A stretch of 64,000 bases of DNA from Patescibacteria group bacterium (GCA_050953885.1 JBMNNJ010000001.1:399437-463436), one strand, 5' to 3'. Positions 29,073 to 39,650 are shown, counted from the stretch's first letter. The notes: generated from the sequence alone by a model not told the origin. Made by a program: numbers and translations.

Positions 29073-30287
29073 TTATCCCACAATCACTTCCCCAATATTA
29101 TTGGCAGTAAAAATTTTCTCTCCCACTTCCACTACTTCCGCCAATTTTACCTTTTTTATTTTCTTAATTATCTTTTCTGGTTCAACTATTTTTCCTTCTA
29201 AAAGAATTTCTTTTCCATAAAACAAGGCTTGAGCAAGGGAATCCTCCAAAGAAAGCGCCAACTGGCCTTGAAAATAGTTTTTAGCCTTGGCAAGCTCCTC
29301 TTGACTAATACTCTTAATATTTTTTAGCTCTTTTCTTATTTCTTTTACTCCTTTTTCTGCCTTCTGGCGATTTAAACCGGCACTTATTAAAAAAACACCC
29401 GTATCGGCTAATGCCTCCGCTTCTGACTTTACAGAATAAGCCAAACCTGCCTCTTCCCTAATCCGCTGGAAAAGCCGCGACGACATCCCCTGTCCTAAAA
29501 TAATATTTAAAAGCGTTTGCGGAAAACGTTCGCGGGAAAAATAGGAAAAAGCCCGTCCTCCAAGCGATAAATGGGCTTGGTCTGTTTTCCTTCTGATTCT
29601 TTTTTTTGCCACCTTCCCAATAGGCAAAACGGGGAGAAATTCTCTTGGCTCACCTGTCTTCATCTTAGCAAAATAATTTTCTGCCATTTTTTTAACCTCC
29701 TCTTTGGGAAAATTACCCGCCACCACTAAAACTGTTTTATCAGCAGTATAAAAGTTTTGCTGAAAATATAAAAAGTCTTCCCGCCTGATTCTCTCTATCG
29801 TTCGGGGAGAACCAACGCCCGTTTTCCCTAAGGGATGGCGGGGATAAAGCAGCTTCATTATCTCCATTTCTGCCTTATATTGAGGCACGTCTTCGTACAT
29901 ATGAAGCTCTTCCAAGATAATCTTTTTTTCAACGTCAAGACTTTCTTCTGCCAAGAGAGGTTCCACCAAAAGTTGTGAAACAATTTCTAAAGCTGATTGA
30001 AGGTAAACTGCGGCACTTTTAACATAGTAAAAAGTATATTCTTGAGCGGTAGCACCATTATATTCTGCCCCTATCTTGTCAACTGTTAGGGCAAGCTCTT
30101 TTTTGGTGGGGTATTTTTTGGTTCCCCGAAAAACCAAGTGTTCATAAAAATGCGCTAATCCTTCTTTCTCTGGCTTATCATAACGCGAGCCGGTTTTTAC
30201 CATTCCCATCACTGCCACGCTTGGCAATTCGGCAAGAGGGACCAAAATTAAACGTAACTGATTTTTAAGCTGATAGGCTTCTACCAT
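29073..30287 (-). CDS. M16 family (pitrilysin/insulinase) peptidase
   Basis: HFYEH inverted zincin, SSRLFQRIRE..GLAY. Confidence 0.93.
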   Translation of the reverse strand: MVEAYQLKNQLRLILVPLAELPSVAVMGMVKTGSRYDKPEKEGLAHFYEHLVFRGTKKYPTKKELALTVDKIGAEYNGATAQEYTFYYVKSAAVYLQSALEIVSQLLVEPLLAEESLDVEKKIILEELHMYEDVPQYKAEMEIMKLLYPRHPLGKTGVGSPRTIERIRREDFLYFQQNFYTADKTVLVVAGNFPKEEVKKMAENYFAKMKTGEPREFLPVLPIGKVAKKRIRRKTDQAHLSLGGRAFSYFSRERFPQTLLNIILGQGMSSRLFQRIREEAGLAYSVKSEAEALADTGVFLISAGLNRQKAEKGVKEIRKELKNIKSISQEELAKAKNYFQGQLALSLEDSLAQALFYGKEILLEGKIVEPEKIIKKIKKVKLAEVVEVGEKIFTANNIGEVIVG

Positions 30288-30434
30288 GCCGTTTTATTTT
30301 ACCACCCTTTTTTAACAGAAAGAAGATGTTATAATTAAGCACGCAGGATACAACAGGATTAAATACAGGATTTAACAGGATTTTTATCCTGTTTAATCCC
30401 GTGTACTTTACCAACAATTTGACAATTTTTCCCC

Positions 30435-31715
30435 ATGTTCAATCCTTCCGCTTTAAAGATTATCCCCAAGGGAAAAACAGAAATTATTCTTCCTCGTTAC
30501 CAAGATTATTGTTTTGCCAATCTCCCCCTTACGATTCTTAAGCTGTTTGGCTGTCATCACTCCAACCCCACCCTCCCTCAAGACGCTTTTCCCTATCCTC
30601 AAAAATACCAACGCCTTATTCTTATTCTCCTTGATGCTTTTGGCTTCCAAAATTTTAAGAACCAGCAAAGTCAATTTCGCTTCCTTACCAACAAAGCAAT
30701 CGTTTCTCCTCTTACTTCCGTTTTCCCCAGCACCACTGCCGCCGCCCTTTCCACTCTTCATACCGGGGTTTTACCTAAAAAGCACGGTCTTATTGAATGG
30801 CATCTTTATCTACCGGAAGTTGGCCAAATAATCACCACTCTCCCTTTTTCTTTTTCGTCATCTTGCCAAGACGAGCTTTTAAAACAAGGTTTTTCGCCAA
30901 AGCTACTTTTAAACCAAAAAACTATTTTTCAAGCTCTTGCCCAACAAAAGGGCGTCCGTTCTTTTACTTTCGTCAAAAGAGATTATGCCCGTAGCGCCTA
31001 TAGCAAAATTTCTCAAAAAGGCGCCAAAACCATTGCTTATCAAGGCCTAACCGATCTTTTTGTCAATCTTAAAAATGTTTTCCAACATCAGGCAAAAAAA
31101 TCCTCACCCGCTTATTTTTATGCTTATATTGACTCTCTTGATTCTCTTGGCCACCAGTATGGCCCCCAAAGCGAGGCTTATCAAGAAGAAGTAAAAAGAA
31201 TCGCTTGGTCCTTAAAAAACATCTTTTTATCAAACCTCTCCCCTAAAGAAAAAGAAAAAACACTTCTTATCATCACCGCCGATCATGGCCAAATAGATAT
31301 TGACCCGCAAAAAAACTTTTCTCTCAACCACTTCTTAAAACTTAAAAAGAATCTAAAAACCAATCCCATGGGCGAAAAAATTCTTGCCACCGGTGGACCG
31401 AGAGATCTTTTTCTTCATCTTGAAAAAGAAAAAATCCCCGCCACTCTTTTTTACCTTCAAAAAAAACTAGGCAACACCGCTTTTGTTTATTCTTTAAAAA
31501 CTGCCGAAAAAATGGGTTTTTTCGGACCGGGAAAAACTTCCAAAAGATTTCGCCAACGCGCCGGCGACATTCTCATTCTCCCCCGCGGCAAAATCACTTT
31601 CTGGCTGGAAAAAGAAAAAAGAAAAAAGCCACCTAAATTAGGCCATCATGGAGGCTTATCTATCGAAGAAATGCTTATTCCCCTAATCGCCGCCAATCTT
31701 TCACATCTTTCTTAA
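30435..31715 (+). CDS. Alkaline phosphatase superfamily / nucleotide pyrophosphatase
   Basis: LILLDAFG, FPSTT, DSLGH, TADHG, GHHGG. Confidence 0.9.
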   Translation: MFNPSALKIIPKGKTEIILPRYQDYCFANLPLTILKLFGCHHSNPTLPQDAFPYPQKYQRLILILLDAFGFQNFKNQQSQFRFLTNKAIVSPLTSVFPSTTAAALSTLHTGVLPKKHGLIEWHLYLPEVGQIITTLPFSFSSSCQDELLKQGFSPKLLLNQKTIFQALAQQKGVRSFTFVKRDYARSAYSKISQKGAKTIAYQGLTDLFVNLKNVFQHQAKKSSPAYFYAYIDSLDSLGHQYGPQSEAYQEEVKRIAWSLKNIFLSNLSPKEKEKTLLIITADHGQIDIDPQKNFSLNHFLKLKKNLKTNPMGEKILATGGPRDLFLHLEKEKIPATLFYLQKKLGNTAFVYSLKTAEKMGFFGPGKTSKRFRQRAGDILILPRGKITFWLEKEKRKKPPKLGHHGGLSIEEMLIPLIAANLSHLS

Positions 31716-33476
31716 AACCTCAAGACCTAAAATACCCAAACCTTCTTCCAAAATCTTTGCCGTTAAGGCGGTTAGGCCCAAACGAAGACTTTCTTTTTCC
31801 CTCTCTTCTTGTAAAATCTGGTGTTGGTTGTAAAAATGATTATAGTCTTGAGCTAATTGATACAAAAAGTCGGCGACAAGATTGGGAGAAAATTTTTGCG
31901 CCGCCTCGGAAATTACTTCATCCCAATGGCAAGAAAGTCTAACAATTGCTAACTCTTCTTGATTAAGCTGAATTTTCGGTAAATTCTCAAAACTTCTCCT
32001 CCTGCTTTTCTCAAGCACCGAAAAACAGCGCGCCGCTGTATACTGAAGATAAGGGCCAGAGTTTCCTTCTAAGGTAAGCATCTTTTCCCAGTTAAAAATA
32101 ATATCCGTCCGGGGGTTTTGCTTTAAATCATTATATTTAACCGCTCCTATCCCTACTGCCCGGGCCACTTTTTCTTGCTCTTTTGGGGAAAGCTTCTTGG
32201 CCACCCCCGCTTCTGCTGTTAATTTTCGCGCTTTCTTAATTGCTTCTTCCAAAACCGCTTCTAAATGAATTGTTTTGCCGCTCCGGGTGGAAAATTTGCC
32301 TTCTAAACCTAAAATCATCCCGTGCGCCACATGAACTAAGGCTTCCGGCGAGCAATAGCCCAAAAGCGAAGCAACCGAAAAAAGCTGTTGAAAATAGAAA
32401 GCTTGGTCCGCTCCCACCTCATAAATAATTAAATCGGGCCGCCAGCGCTCCTGCCGATATTTAATTGTCGCTAAATCGCGTAAAAGATAGGTGGTTGCCC
32501 CGTCTGATTTAACTAACATTGCCGGTGTTTCCTCGCCGGGCAGGAAAATCACTTTCGCTCCTCGGCTCTGGCAAAGTAATCCCTTTTCTTGGGCATCGGC
32601 AATTACCGCCGCCATTTTATCCTGATAAAAACTTTCCCCTAAAAAAACATCAAAAGAAATACCAAGCATTTTATAAACCCGGCTAAATTCTTTCATTGAT
32701 AAATCGACAATCTTTTGCCAAATTTCTCTTGCCTCCCGATCGCCCTCCTCAAGCCTCTTAAACCATTCTCTTGCCTCCCCTTTTAAACGAGGGTTTTTTT
32801 CTGCCTCCCGATGAAACTCAACATATAGATTTTCTAAATCTTCAATGGTTAGGTCTTCCAGCCCTTTATTATCGTCATTCTGACGAAAATCAGAATCCAG
32901 CTTTGGTTTGCCTTCCCTGCGACATTTTTTAGATAAACCTCGCCGTTTAACCTGATAAAGCAAAACCCCAAATTGCGTTCCCCAATCACCCAAATGATTA
33001 TCGCCAATCACTTTATAACCCAAAAAAGCATAAAGATTATAAAGCGCCTGGCCGATAATGGTGGAGCGCAAATGCCCCACGCCAAAGGGCTTGGCAATAT
33101 TAGGCGAAGAATAGTCAATAATGACCGTTTTCCCCTCCCCTGTTTTAGAAACCAATCTCTCCCTTGAGGAAATTATTTCCTCGCTTGCTTTCAAAAGAAA
33201 GTTTGGCTTTAAATAAAAATTGATAAATCCCGGGGGGGCCACTTTAATTTCCTCAACAAACGATAAAGAAGAAAGTAAAGAAATTTCTTCTTTAATTTTT
33301 TGAGCAACATGAAGTGGCGGTTGATTTAATTTTTTCCCCGCCAAAAGCGCCGCATTAGTAGCATAATCACCAAAAGAGGACAGCTTAGGCGTTTCTAAAG
33401 AAAAATTAACCGCGGGAACACCCAAAGAAGCCAGCGAATCTTTAATTGCTTTAGAGATTTCTTTCTTAAAATTCAT
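31701..33476 (-). CDS. argS: Arginine--tRNA ligase (with palindrome-derived insertion)
   Basis: DYSSPNIAKPFGVGHLRS, HLGDWGTQFG, KFSTRSG, GNSGPYLQY. Confidence 0.97.
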   Translation of the reverse strand: MNFKKEISKAIKDSLASLGVPAVNFSLETPKLSSFGDYATNAALLAGKKLNQPPLHVAQKIKEEISLLSSLSFVEEIKVAPPGFINFYLKPNFLLKASEEIISSRERLVSKTGEGKTVIIDYSSPNIAKPFGVGHLRSTIIGQALYNLYAFLGYKVIGDNHLGDWGTQFGVLLYQVKRRGLSKKCRREGKPKLDSDFRQNDDNKGLEDLTIEDLENLYVEFHREAEKNPRLKGEAREWFKRLEEGDREAREIWQKIVDLSMKEFSRVYKMLGISFDVFLGESFYQDKMAAVIADAQEKGLLCQSRGAKVIFLPGEETPAMLVKSDGATTYLLRDLATIKYRQERWRPDLIIYEVGADQAFYFQQLFSVASLLGYCSPEALVHVAHGMILGLEGKFSTRSGKTIHLEAVLEEAIKKARKLTAEAGVAKKLSPKEQEKVARAVGIGAVKYNDLKQNPRTDIIFNWEKMLTLEGNSGPYLQYTAARCFSVLEKSRRRSFENLPKIQLNQEELAIVRLSCHWDEVISEAAQKFSPNLVADFLYQLAQDYNHFYNQHQILQEEREKESLRLGLTALTAKILEEGLGILGLEVLRKM

Positions 33477-33499
33477 ATTTTCTCTTTCTTATTCTACCA

Positions 33500-34420
33500 C
33501 TATTCTTCTATCCACCACCGCTGACCGTTACTTACCACCACCACATCGCCATCTTGATCGGTCCGCTTTATCAACAGGCCCTCTTTCTCAAGCTGTTCTC
33601 TTAAAATCTGATGAGGATGACCCCACGGATTTTTCCCCACCGAAATAACCGCCAAAAGGGGTTGGGCTTTTTCCAAAAATTCGTCGGTAAAAGCATATTT
33701 TGAGCCATGGTGGGCCACTTTTAAAACCTCAACCGGAGAAAAAGAAACCGTGGCTAAAATCTCCGGTTGAATCCGGCTGTCAGCATCGCCGGTCAAAAGT
33801 AAGTCAAAATTACCAAAAGAAACCCGCGCCACTAAAGAAAAATCATTCCAAGAAGCCTCTGGCGCTAAAACCTGATCCACTAAAATCTCTTTTGATTGAT
33901 AAAGATCGGCCCCAGAAACCTTATCGGCTGATAGTTTCTTAAAAAACCACTCTTTTTGAGGCCAAAGGAATAAAAAATTTACCCCATTAAAGGAAATTTT
34001 ATCCCCCTGCCAAGGGTTTATCAATGTTATCTTGCCATTGCTAACCAAATCCGATAACCCGTTAAATAATTTATTTTCTTTTGCCAAGGGACTTTTAACA
34101 AAATAATTCACTTGATATCTTTCTATAACCGAGGCGAGGCCGCCAAAATGATCTTTTTCCGGATGGGTTAAAACGACTATCTCCAAACAACGATCCCAAA
34201 AAGGCATGTGCCTACCTAAGCAGGTTAAAACCGCCTCATCTTCCCCACCGTCTACCAAAATCTGGTTATCTCCTCGTGTTAATAAAACCGCGTCTCCTTG
34301 GCCTACATCGCAAAAGACCACCCGTAAATTATCATCCGGCTGTTGCCAAAGAAAAAGGCAAACTACTCCAAGGGCAATTAATAGTAAGGTGGGTAATAAT
34401 TTTCGCGACGCTATCTCCAT
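33500..34420 (-). CDS. ComEC C-terminal metallo-beta-lactamase domain protein
   Basis: DVGQGDA, LTHPEKDH, LTGD, KVAHHGS, GHP. Confidence 0.9.
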   Translation of the reverse strand: MEIASRKLLPTLLLIALGVVCLFLWQQPDDNLRVVFCDVGQGDAVLLTRGDNQILVDGGEDEAVLTCLGRHMPFWDRCLEIVVLTHPEKDHFGGLASVIERYQVNYFVKSPLAKENKLFNGLSDLVSNGKITLINPWQGDKISFNGVNFLFLWPQKEWFFKKLSADKVSGADLYQSKEILVDQVLAPEASWNDFSLVARVSFGNFDLLLTGDADSRIQPEILATVSFSPVEVLKVAHHGSKYAFTDEFLEKAQPLLAVISVGKNPWGHPHQILREQLEKEGLLIKRTDQDGDVVVVSNGQRWWIEE

Positions 34421-34439
34421 ATTTTTTGTGGCTGGAGCA

Positions 34440-34530
34440 TGATTCGTCATCTTGACAAATTCGCCAGCTGGCGGACAGGATTGTTACTTTGGCAGTAAGA
34501 AAGATCCTGAATCAAGTTCAGGATGACGCT
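34440..34530. repeat. Palindromic repeats TCGCCAGCTGGCGGA and GATCCTGAATCAAGTTCAGGATGAC
   Basis: Read directly; homologous to 39383-39478, 43870-43965 and 45037-45159. Confidence 0.8.
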
Positions 34531-34581
34531 AAATTAAATTTAAAATAACATCATAAATTATATCTCAGCCACTTTTTATAC

Positions 34582-35802
34582 CTATCTTTTTAAAATCATC
34601 GCCATCAAAATAGCACCATAAATTATCAATAACCACCAAGGCAAAGAAAAGGAAAAGAAAGGTAAAACTTGGCTCCAAAAGCTAACGCCCTTAACGAAAA
34701 ATTGAGCAGGCAAAAAAACAAGCCAGGAAAAAGGTGGCGCCAAAAATGGCAAGAAAAAACCAACTATTATCAAAATCGTCCCCAAAAGCATTATCGGCGA
34801 GATAAGCCAAAGGAGGGTAACGTTAGCTAAAAAAGAAAACGGCGAAAACTGGCCAAAAGAAATTAGTAAAAGAGGAACGGTAAAAATCTGGGCCGCCAAG
34901 GTGGTTAACAGGTCATCTTTGAAAGAGCCAAGAGTTGGCAACCAAGAAAAAAAGCTTTCCAAGCGATTTTTCAAAAAAATAATCCCCGCGCTTGAGGCAA
35001 AAGAAAGCTGAAAGCCAAGATCAAAAACAACCTCCGGAGTAAATAAGGCCAGTAAAACTGCCGCCAAAACCAGACCACGCCAACTTTCTTTTTGGCGGCC
35101 AAAGAAAGAGCCGCCCCAAGAAAAGCTGGTCATTATTGCCGCCCGAAGCAAAGGAGGCTCTGCTCCGCAAAGGAAAACATAAAACCAAATCAGCGGCAGG
35201 GTTAAAAGAAGAGCTTTGCGGCGATTAAAAAACTGGTTTAAAAGAGGGAAAGCAAAAGAGGCCACCAAAATCACATTCGCCCCCGAAGCAACCACCACAT
35301 GAAGCGTCCCGGTTCTCACCAAATCCTGATAAAAATCGTCAGGGAGAGCACTTTTAACCCCCAAAAGCACCCCTAACACCAGTGAGGCCGCCGGCTCGGG
35401 TAAAAGCCGCTGGAAGAAAAGAATTATTTTTTGACGAAGGGAAAAAATATTCTCAACCCACCCTTTGGTGGCCGCAGGAGCGAGCAAATTAACTTGAGGG
35501 TAGTTTAGCCAGAGCTCTTTTTGCCCCTTTTTTGTCAGCACTTGCTCAACTTTGCCAACAACTTCCACCCGATCTCCATAATGAAGAAACGGTTCTCTTG
35601 AGGTTTTAACCCTAATTCCTTGAAGGCGAAAACTTTGGCTTTGACCAAAAAGCTGCGGCTCTTCTTTTAAAACATCCTCAATTTTTATTTCTTCTCCTAT
35701 TAAGTTTTCTTTTTTTAAAGAAGCGGCCGTTTTCTGCCAACGACAAAACCAAAGGCTAACCAACGCCAAAAGAAAAAAAAGATAAGAAAAAAACCTCCTC
35801 AC
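34582..35802 (-). CDS. comEC: ComEC/Rec2 competence channel (Competence domain)
   Basis: GTLHVVVASGAN, RAAIM, GFQLSF; many TMs. Confidence 0.92.
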   Translation of the reverse strand: MRRFFSYLFFLLALVSLWFCRWQKTAASLKKENLIGEEIKIEDVLKEEPQLFGQSQSFRLQGIRVKTSREPFLHYGDRVEVVGKVEQVLTKKGQKELWLNYPQVNLLAPAATKGWVENIFSLRQKIILFFQRLLPEPAASLVLGVLLGVKSALPDDFYQDLVRTGTLHVVVASGANVILVASFAFPLLNQFFNRRKALLLTLPLIWFYVFLCGAEPPLLRAAIMTSFSWGGSFFGRQKESWRGLVLAAVLLALFTPEVVFDLGFQLSFASSAGIIFLKNRLESFFSWLPTLGSFKDDLLTTLAAQIFTVPLLLISFGQFSPFSFLANVTLLWLISPIMLLGTILIIVGFFLPFLAPPFSWLVFLPAQFFVKGVSFWSQVLPFFSFSLPWWLLIIYGAILMAMILKR

Positions 35803-35804
35803 TT

Positions 35805-36443
35805 TTAATTGACACTAATCAAGTCTTTTATTTTTTCAAAAGTTTTCTCCCCTATTCCGGAGACATTTTTAATTTCTTCAATCGAGGAAAAATTGCCCTT
35901 CTCTTCTCGGTATTCCACAATCGCCGAAGCATAAGCAAAACCAATTTCGGGCAAAGTCTCAAGCTCTCCTACCGAAGCGGTATTAATATTAATCTTGCCA
36001 GCCACGGTTTCTCCTCCCCCTACTCCCGCTTTGCCGCCAGAAGAAAGCTGTTCCCCAATATAGGGAATATAAATTTTCTCGCCATCCTGAAGTAGTCGCG
36101 CCCGATTTAATTCCTTTTCTAAAAACGATCTTTGTGCCCAATTGGTAACCCCGCCAGCGGCGATCAATAAGTCGTTAACCCGCGAAGAGGCGGGCAGATA
36201 ATAAACACCCGGCTTGGCTACCGCTCCGCCAATATCTACCACCAGCTCCTCTGCTTTTTGGTCTTTCTCTGCCTTAATCACCGTTAAAGAAGCGCCTTTT
36301 TCTTCCTCAAGCCAACCAAACTGCTGGGCAAAACCAAAAAGAATTAAGGTCACGCCAACGGAGGCCAAAAACCACTCAAAAAGATTTTCTTTTAAAACCT
36401 GAAAAAAATTAACCGATTTTTCGGGGGCAGGAGGATTCTCCAT
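35805..36443 (-). CDS. comEA: ComEA DNA receptor
   Basis: TM, SLBB VDIGGAVAKPGVY, HhH KININTAS...LPEIG...VSGIGEKT. Confidence 0.95.
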   Translation of the reverse strand: MENPPAPEKSVNFFQVLKENLFEWFLASVGVTLILFGFAQQFGWLEEEKGASLTVIKAEKDQKAEELVVDIGGAVAKPGVYYLPASSRVNDLLIAAGGVTNWAQRSFLEKELNRARLLQDGEKIYIPYIGEQLSSGGKAGVGGGETVAGKININTASVGELETLPEIGFAYASAIVEYREEKGNFSSIEEIKNVSGIGEKTFEKIKDLISVN

Positions 36444-36447
36444 TTTC

Positions 36448-39126
36448 TTAAATCACAAAATTAATTAGCCTTCCCGGCAAGAAAACTACTTTTTTAATCT
36501 TTTGACCTGATAAATATTTCTTAATCTTTTCTTCTCTCTTTACGGCCAAAATAACCGCATCTTTAGCATTCGCTTTATCGCTTTCTATATCAATTTTTCC
36601 CCTTGTCTTCCCGTTAATTTGCACAATAATTGTCGTCATTTTTTCTTCTAACTTCCTCGGGTCATAAGTTGGCCACTCTTGCTGATGAACCGAAAAAGGA
36701 TTCCCAAGAACATTGGTCCAAAGCTCCTCGGCTAAATAAGGAGCAAAGGGGGCAATAAGCTTAACCATTGTCTCCATTTCCTTTTTAGTCAAAACCAGTT
36801 CCTCTTCTTCTATTTTATTTAAAGCCTCCATCAACGCCGCCACCGCGGTATTATATTTAAAATGTTTTATATCCTCGCTTACTTTTTTCGTGAGGCGATG
36901 AAACAATGGTCTTAACTTTTTTCCTTCCTCCTTTGCCACCTTCATGTCCTCCCGAATTTTCTTCTCAAAACGGCGCAAAAACCTCACCGTTCCCTGAAAA
37001 GCGTTCTCGTTCCAAATTGTCGTTCCCTCATACGGCCCCATAAACATCAAATAAAGCCTTAAGGCGTCAACACCATAATTGCCCCAAACTTCGTCCGGGT
37101 TAATCACGTTACCACGCGACTTGCTCATCTTTTGACCATCGGCCCCCAAAACCATCCCGTGAGAAACTCGCCGATAATACGGCTCGGGATAGCGGCGAGG
37201 GAGAAACCCCAAATCATATAAAAACTGATAAATAAAACGTGAATAAAGAAGATGAAGGGTATTATGCTCATCGCCGCCGAAATAAATATCCACCGGCAGC
37301 CAATAGCTAAGAATATCTTTATTATCCATAAAAACATTTTGAGATTTTTGCTTATCGGTAAGTTTATCCGCAAAACAATAAGCAAGGTAGTACCAATCAG
37401 AACCCGCCCAATTAGGCATGGTGTCCGTTTCCCGTCGGGCAGCCTGCCCACAAACCGGGCAGGAAATTTCCCGCCAACCCGGCACACTGGCCAGAGGAGA
37501 TTCCCCGGTACCAGTAGGCTGGTATTTTTCCACCTTTGGCAACTCCACCGGCAAATCTTCTTCTGGCACCGGAAACCACCCCGCTAGTTCCCTTAAGTTA
37601 AAATTTTGAAACTTTTGACTTTTGTCCGCCAGTTGGCGGATTGAATTTTGACTTTTTTTACTGTCCCACCATGTTATCCCCTTCTTCGCGCAACTTGGAC
37701 AATAAATCATCGGAATCGGCTCCCCCCAATAATGCTGACGGGAGAAAATCCAATCCCGAAGATGATAGCTCACTGCTTTCTCGCCAATTTTCTTTTTCTC
37801 CAACCAAGCGATGGTTTCTTTAATTGCCTCTTTGGGACTAAGGCCATTAAGAAAACCAGAGTTGATCATTTTCCCCTTCTCAACTTGTGTATAAGCCCCT
37901 TTATCAAAATCCCAGTTTTCTCTTGGTTCAACCACAGGAATGATGGGTAAACCAAATTTTTTAGCAAATTGCCAATCTCTTTCGTCGTGAGCCGGCACCC
38001 CCATAATTGCCCCACTACCATAACTTTCCAAAACAAAATCAGAAACCCAAACAGGGATTTTCTTCCCCGTGGCCGGATTAACCGCGTAAAGGCCGGTAAA
38101 AACACCTGTTTTTTCCTTGGCCAAATCGGTTCTCTCCAAATCCGATTTTTTTCTTGCTCCCTCAACGTACTCGTCAATCTTTTGCAATTCTGAATTTTTT
38201 CCGCCAGCTGGCGGATTGAGTTTTGAATTTAGGAGCGCAGCGACAAGCGGATGTTCCGGCGCCAGAACAATAAAAGTCGCTCCCCAAAGAGTATCCGGCC
38301 TTGTCGTAAACACCTCAATTTCTTTAATGTCATCCTGAACTACCCCCTTCCCGTCATCCTGAACTTGATTCAGGATCGATCCTGAAATAAATTCAGAATG
38401 ACTAGCTATTGAGAATTTAATCTTTGCCCCTTCCGACTTGCCGATCCAATTAATCTGCGCCGCCTTAACTTTTTCGATAAAATCAACTTTGTTAAGACCT
38501 TCCAGAAGACGCTCGGCATAATCGGTAATTTTGACAATCCATTGCTCTAATTTTCTTTGGCTCACCGTGGCGCCACAACGCTCGCAACGGCCATTAACTA
38601 CCTCCTCATTAGCCAAACCAATTTTACAAGAAGGGCACCAGTTCACCGGCATGGCTTTTTTATAAGCCAAACCATTCTCGAAAAGCTTAATAAAAATCCA
38701 CTGGGTCCAGCGGTAATAAGCCGGGTCGGTAGTATTAATTTCCCGGCTCCAGTCAAAAGAAAAAGCCATTTTCTTCATCTGCCGCCGAAAATTAGCGGTA
38801 TTACGTTCGGTTACTTTTTGGGGATGAATACCGGTTTTAATGGCAAAGTTTTCCGTCGGCAAGCCAAAGGCGTCCCAGCCCATAGGAAATAAGACATTTT
38901 TTCCTTCCATTCGCCGCTGACGGGCGTAAACATCAGCGCCGGTAAAAGTAAAAGCATGACCAATATGAAGCCCCTCGCCCGAAGGATAAGGAAATTCCAC
39001 TAAAATGTACTCTTTTCCCCGTTTTTTATCCAAATCAATTGCCCGATATAAACCCGCTTTTTCCCACCGCTTCTGCCATTTTTCCTCGTCAATGGTTGTC
39101 TTTTCCCCTTTTGACTTCATTGTCAA
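36448..39126 (-). CDS. leuS: Leucine--tRNA ligase (with several palindrome-derived insertions)
   Basis: FPYPSGEGLHIGH, FTTRPDT, KMSKS. Confidence 0.98.
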   Translation of the reverse strand: MTMKSKGEKTTIDEEKWQKRWEKAGLYRAIDLDKKRGKEYILVEFPYPSGEGLHIGHAFTFTGADVYARQRRMEGKNVLFPMGWDAFGLPTENFAIKTGIHPQKVTERNTANFRRQMKKMAFSFDWSREINTTDPAYYRWTQWIFIKLFENGLAYKKAMPVNWCPSCKIGLANEEVVNGRCERCGATVSQRKLEQWIVKITDYAERLLEGLNKVDFIEKVKAAQINWIGKSEGAKIKFSIASHSEFISGSILNQVQDDGKGVVQDDIKEIEVFTTRPDTLWGATFIVLAPEHPLVAALLNSKLNPPAGGKNSELQKIDEYVEGARKKSDLERTDLAKEKTGVFTGLYAVNPATGKKIPVWVSDFVLESYGSGAIMGVPAHDERDWQFAKKFGLPIIPVVEPRENWDFDKGAYTQVEKGKMINSGFLNGLSPKEAIKETIAWLEKKKIGEKAVSYHLRDWIFSRQHYWGEPIPMIYCPSCAKKGITWWDSKKSQNSIRQLADKSQKFQNFNLRELAGWFPVPEEDLPVELPKVEKYQPTGTGESPLASVPGWREISCPVCGQAARRETDTMPNWAGSDWYYLAYCFADKLTDKQKSQNVFMDNKDILSYWLPVDIYFGGDEHNTLHLLYSRFIYQFLYDLGFLPRRYPEPYYRRVSHGMVLGADGQKMSKSRGNVINPDEVWGNYGVDALRLYLMFMGPYEGTTIWNENAFQGTVRFLRRFEKKIREDMKVAKEEGKKLRPLFHRLTKKVSEDIKHFKYNTAVAALMEALNKIEEEELVLTKKEMETMVKLIAPFAPYLAEELWTNVLGNPFSVHQQEWPTYDPRKLEEKMTTIIVQINGKTRGKIDIESDKANAKDAVILAVKREEKIKKYLSGQKIKKVVFLPGRLINFVI

Positions 39127-39199
39127 AATATTCTATCATAATATCTAAGAGAAGAGGTAGATTACAAGAGCGCGCTCGTAAAAATATATTGATGGAGTT

Positions 39200-39630
39200 A
39201 AAAATGTCTGCATTTTAAATCTCAAAACGCAAATAGCAAATCTACATGGTAAATGTTAAAACTTTTTAAAGCTTAAAGTTGTTTTTTTTAGATTTGAGTT
39301 TTGAGTTGTAGTTTTGATCCGTCAACTGGCGGATTGAGTTGTCGGTTTGATACGCCTGGCGGGCAGAATCATCCCTGTAGCTGTCATCCTGACAAAAGTC
39401 AGAATCTAACTGATTCTGAATCAAGTTCAGAATGACGCTAATCATGGCCGTCATTCTGACAAATCCGCCAGCTGGCGAACAAAAGTTAAAAGTTTTTTCG
39501 TCTTACTTTTGAATTTTGACTTGCAATTTTGATCCGCCAGCTGGCGGATTGACTTTTGACTTTTGCATTATTCTTATGTCAATCATTCATTCGTGTCTAT
39601 TCGTTTTCCATTCGTGTTAATTCGTGTATT
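39200..39630. repeat. Largest composite repeat stack: heptamer arrays, three CCGCCAGCTGGCGG-type palindromes, GTCATCCTGA-type palindromes, ATTCGTGT array
   Basis: Palindromes at 39317, 39462 and 39532; GTCATCCTGAC...TCAGAAT at 39383-39437. Confidence 0.85.
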
Positions 39631-39650
39631 TTAACAAACAATCTAACTTT

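Noticed and set aside
39266-39454. 62-aa ORF (likewise 43711-43923, 24658-24855, 45752-45967)
   Set aside because: Translations of repeat stacks (IRQLTD, DSESSSE, AYCHTP), not credible genes.
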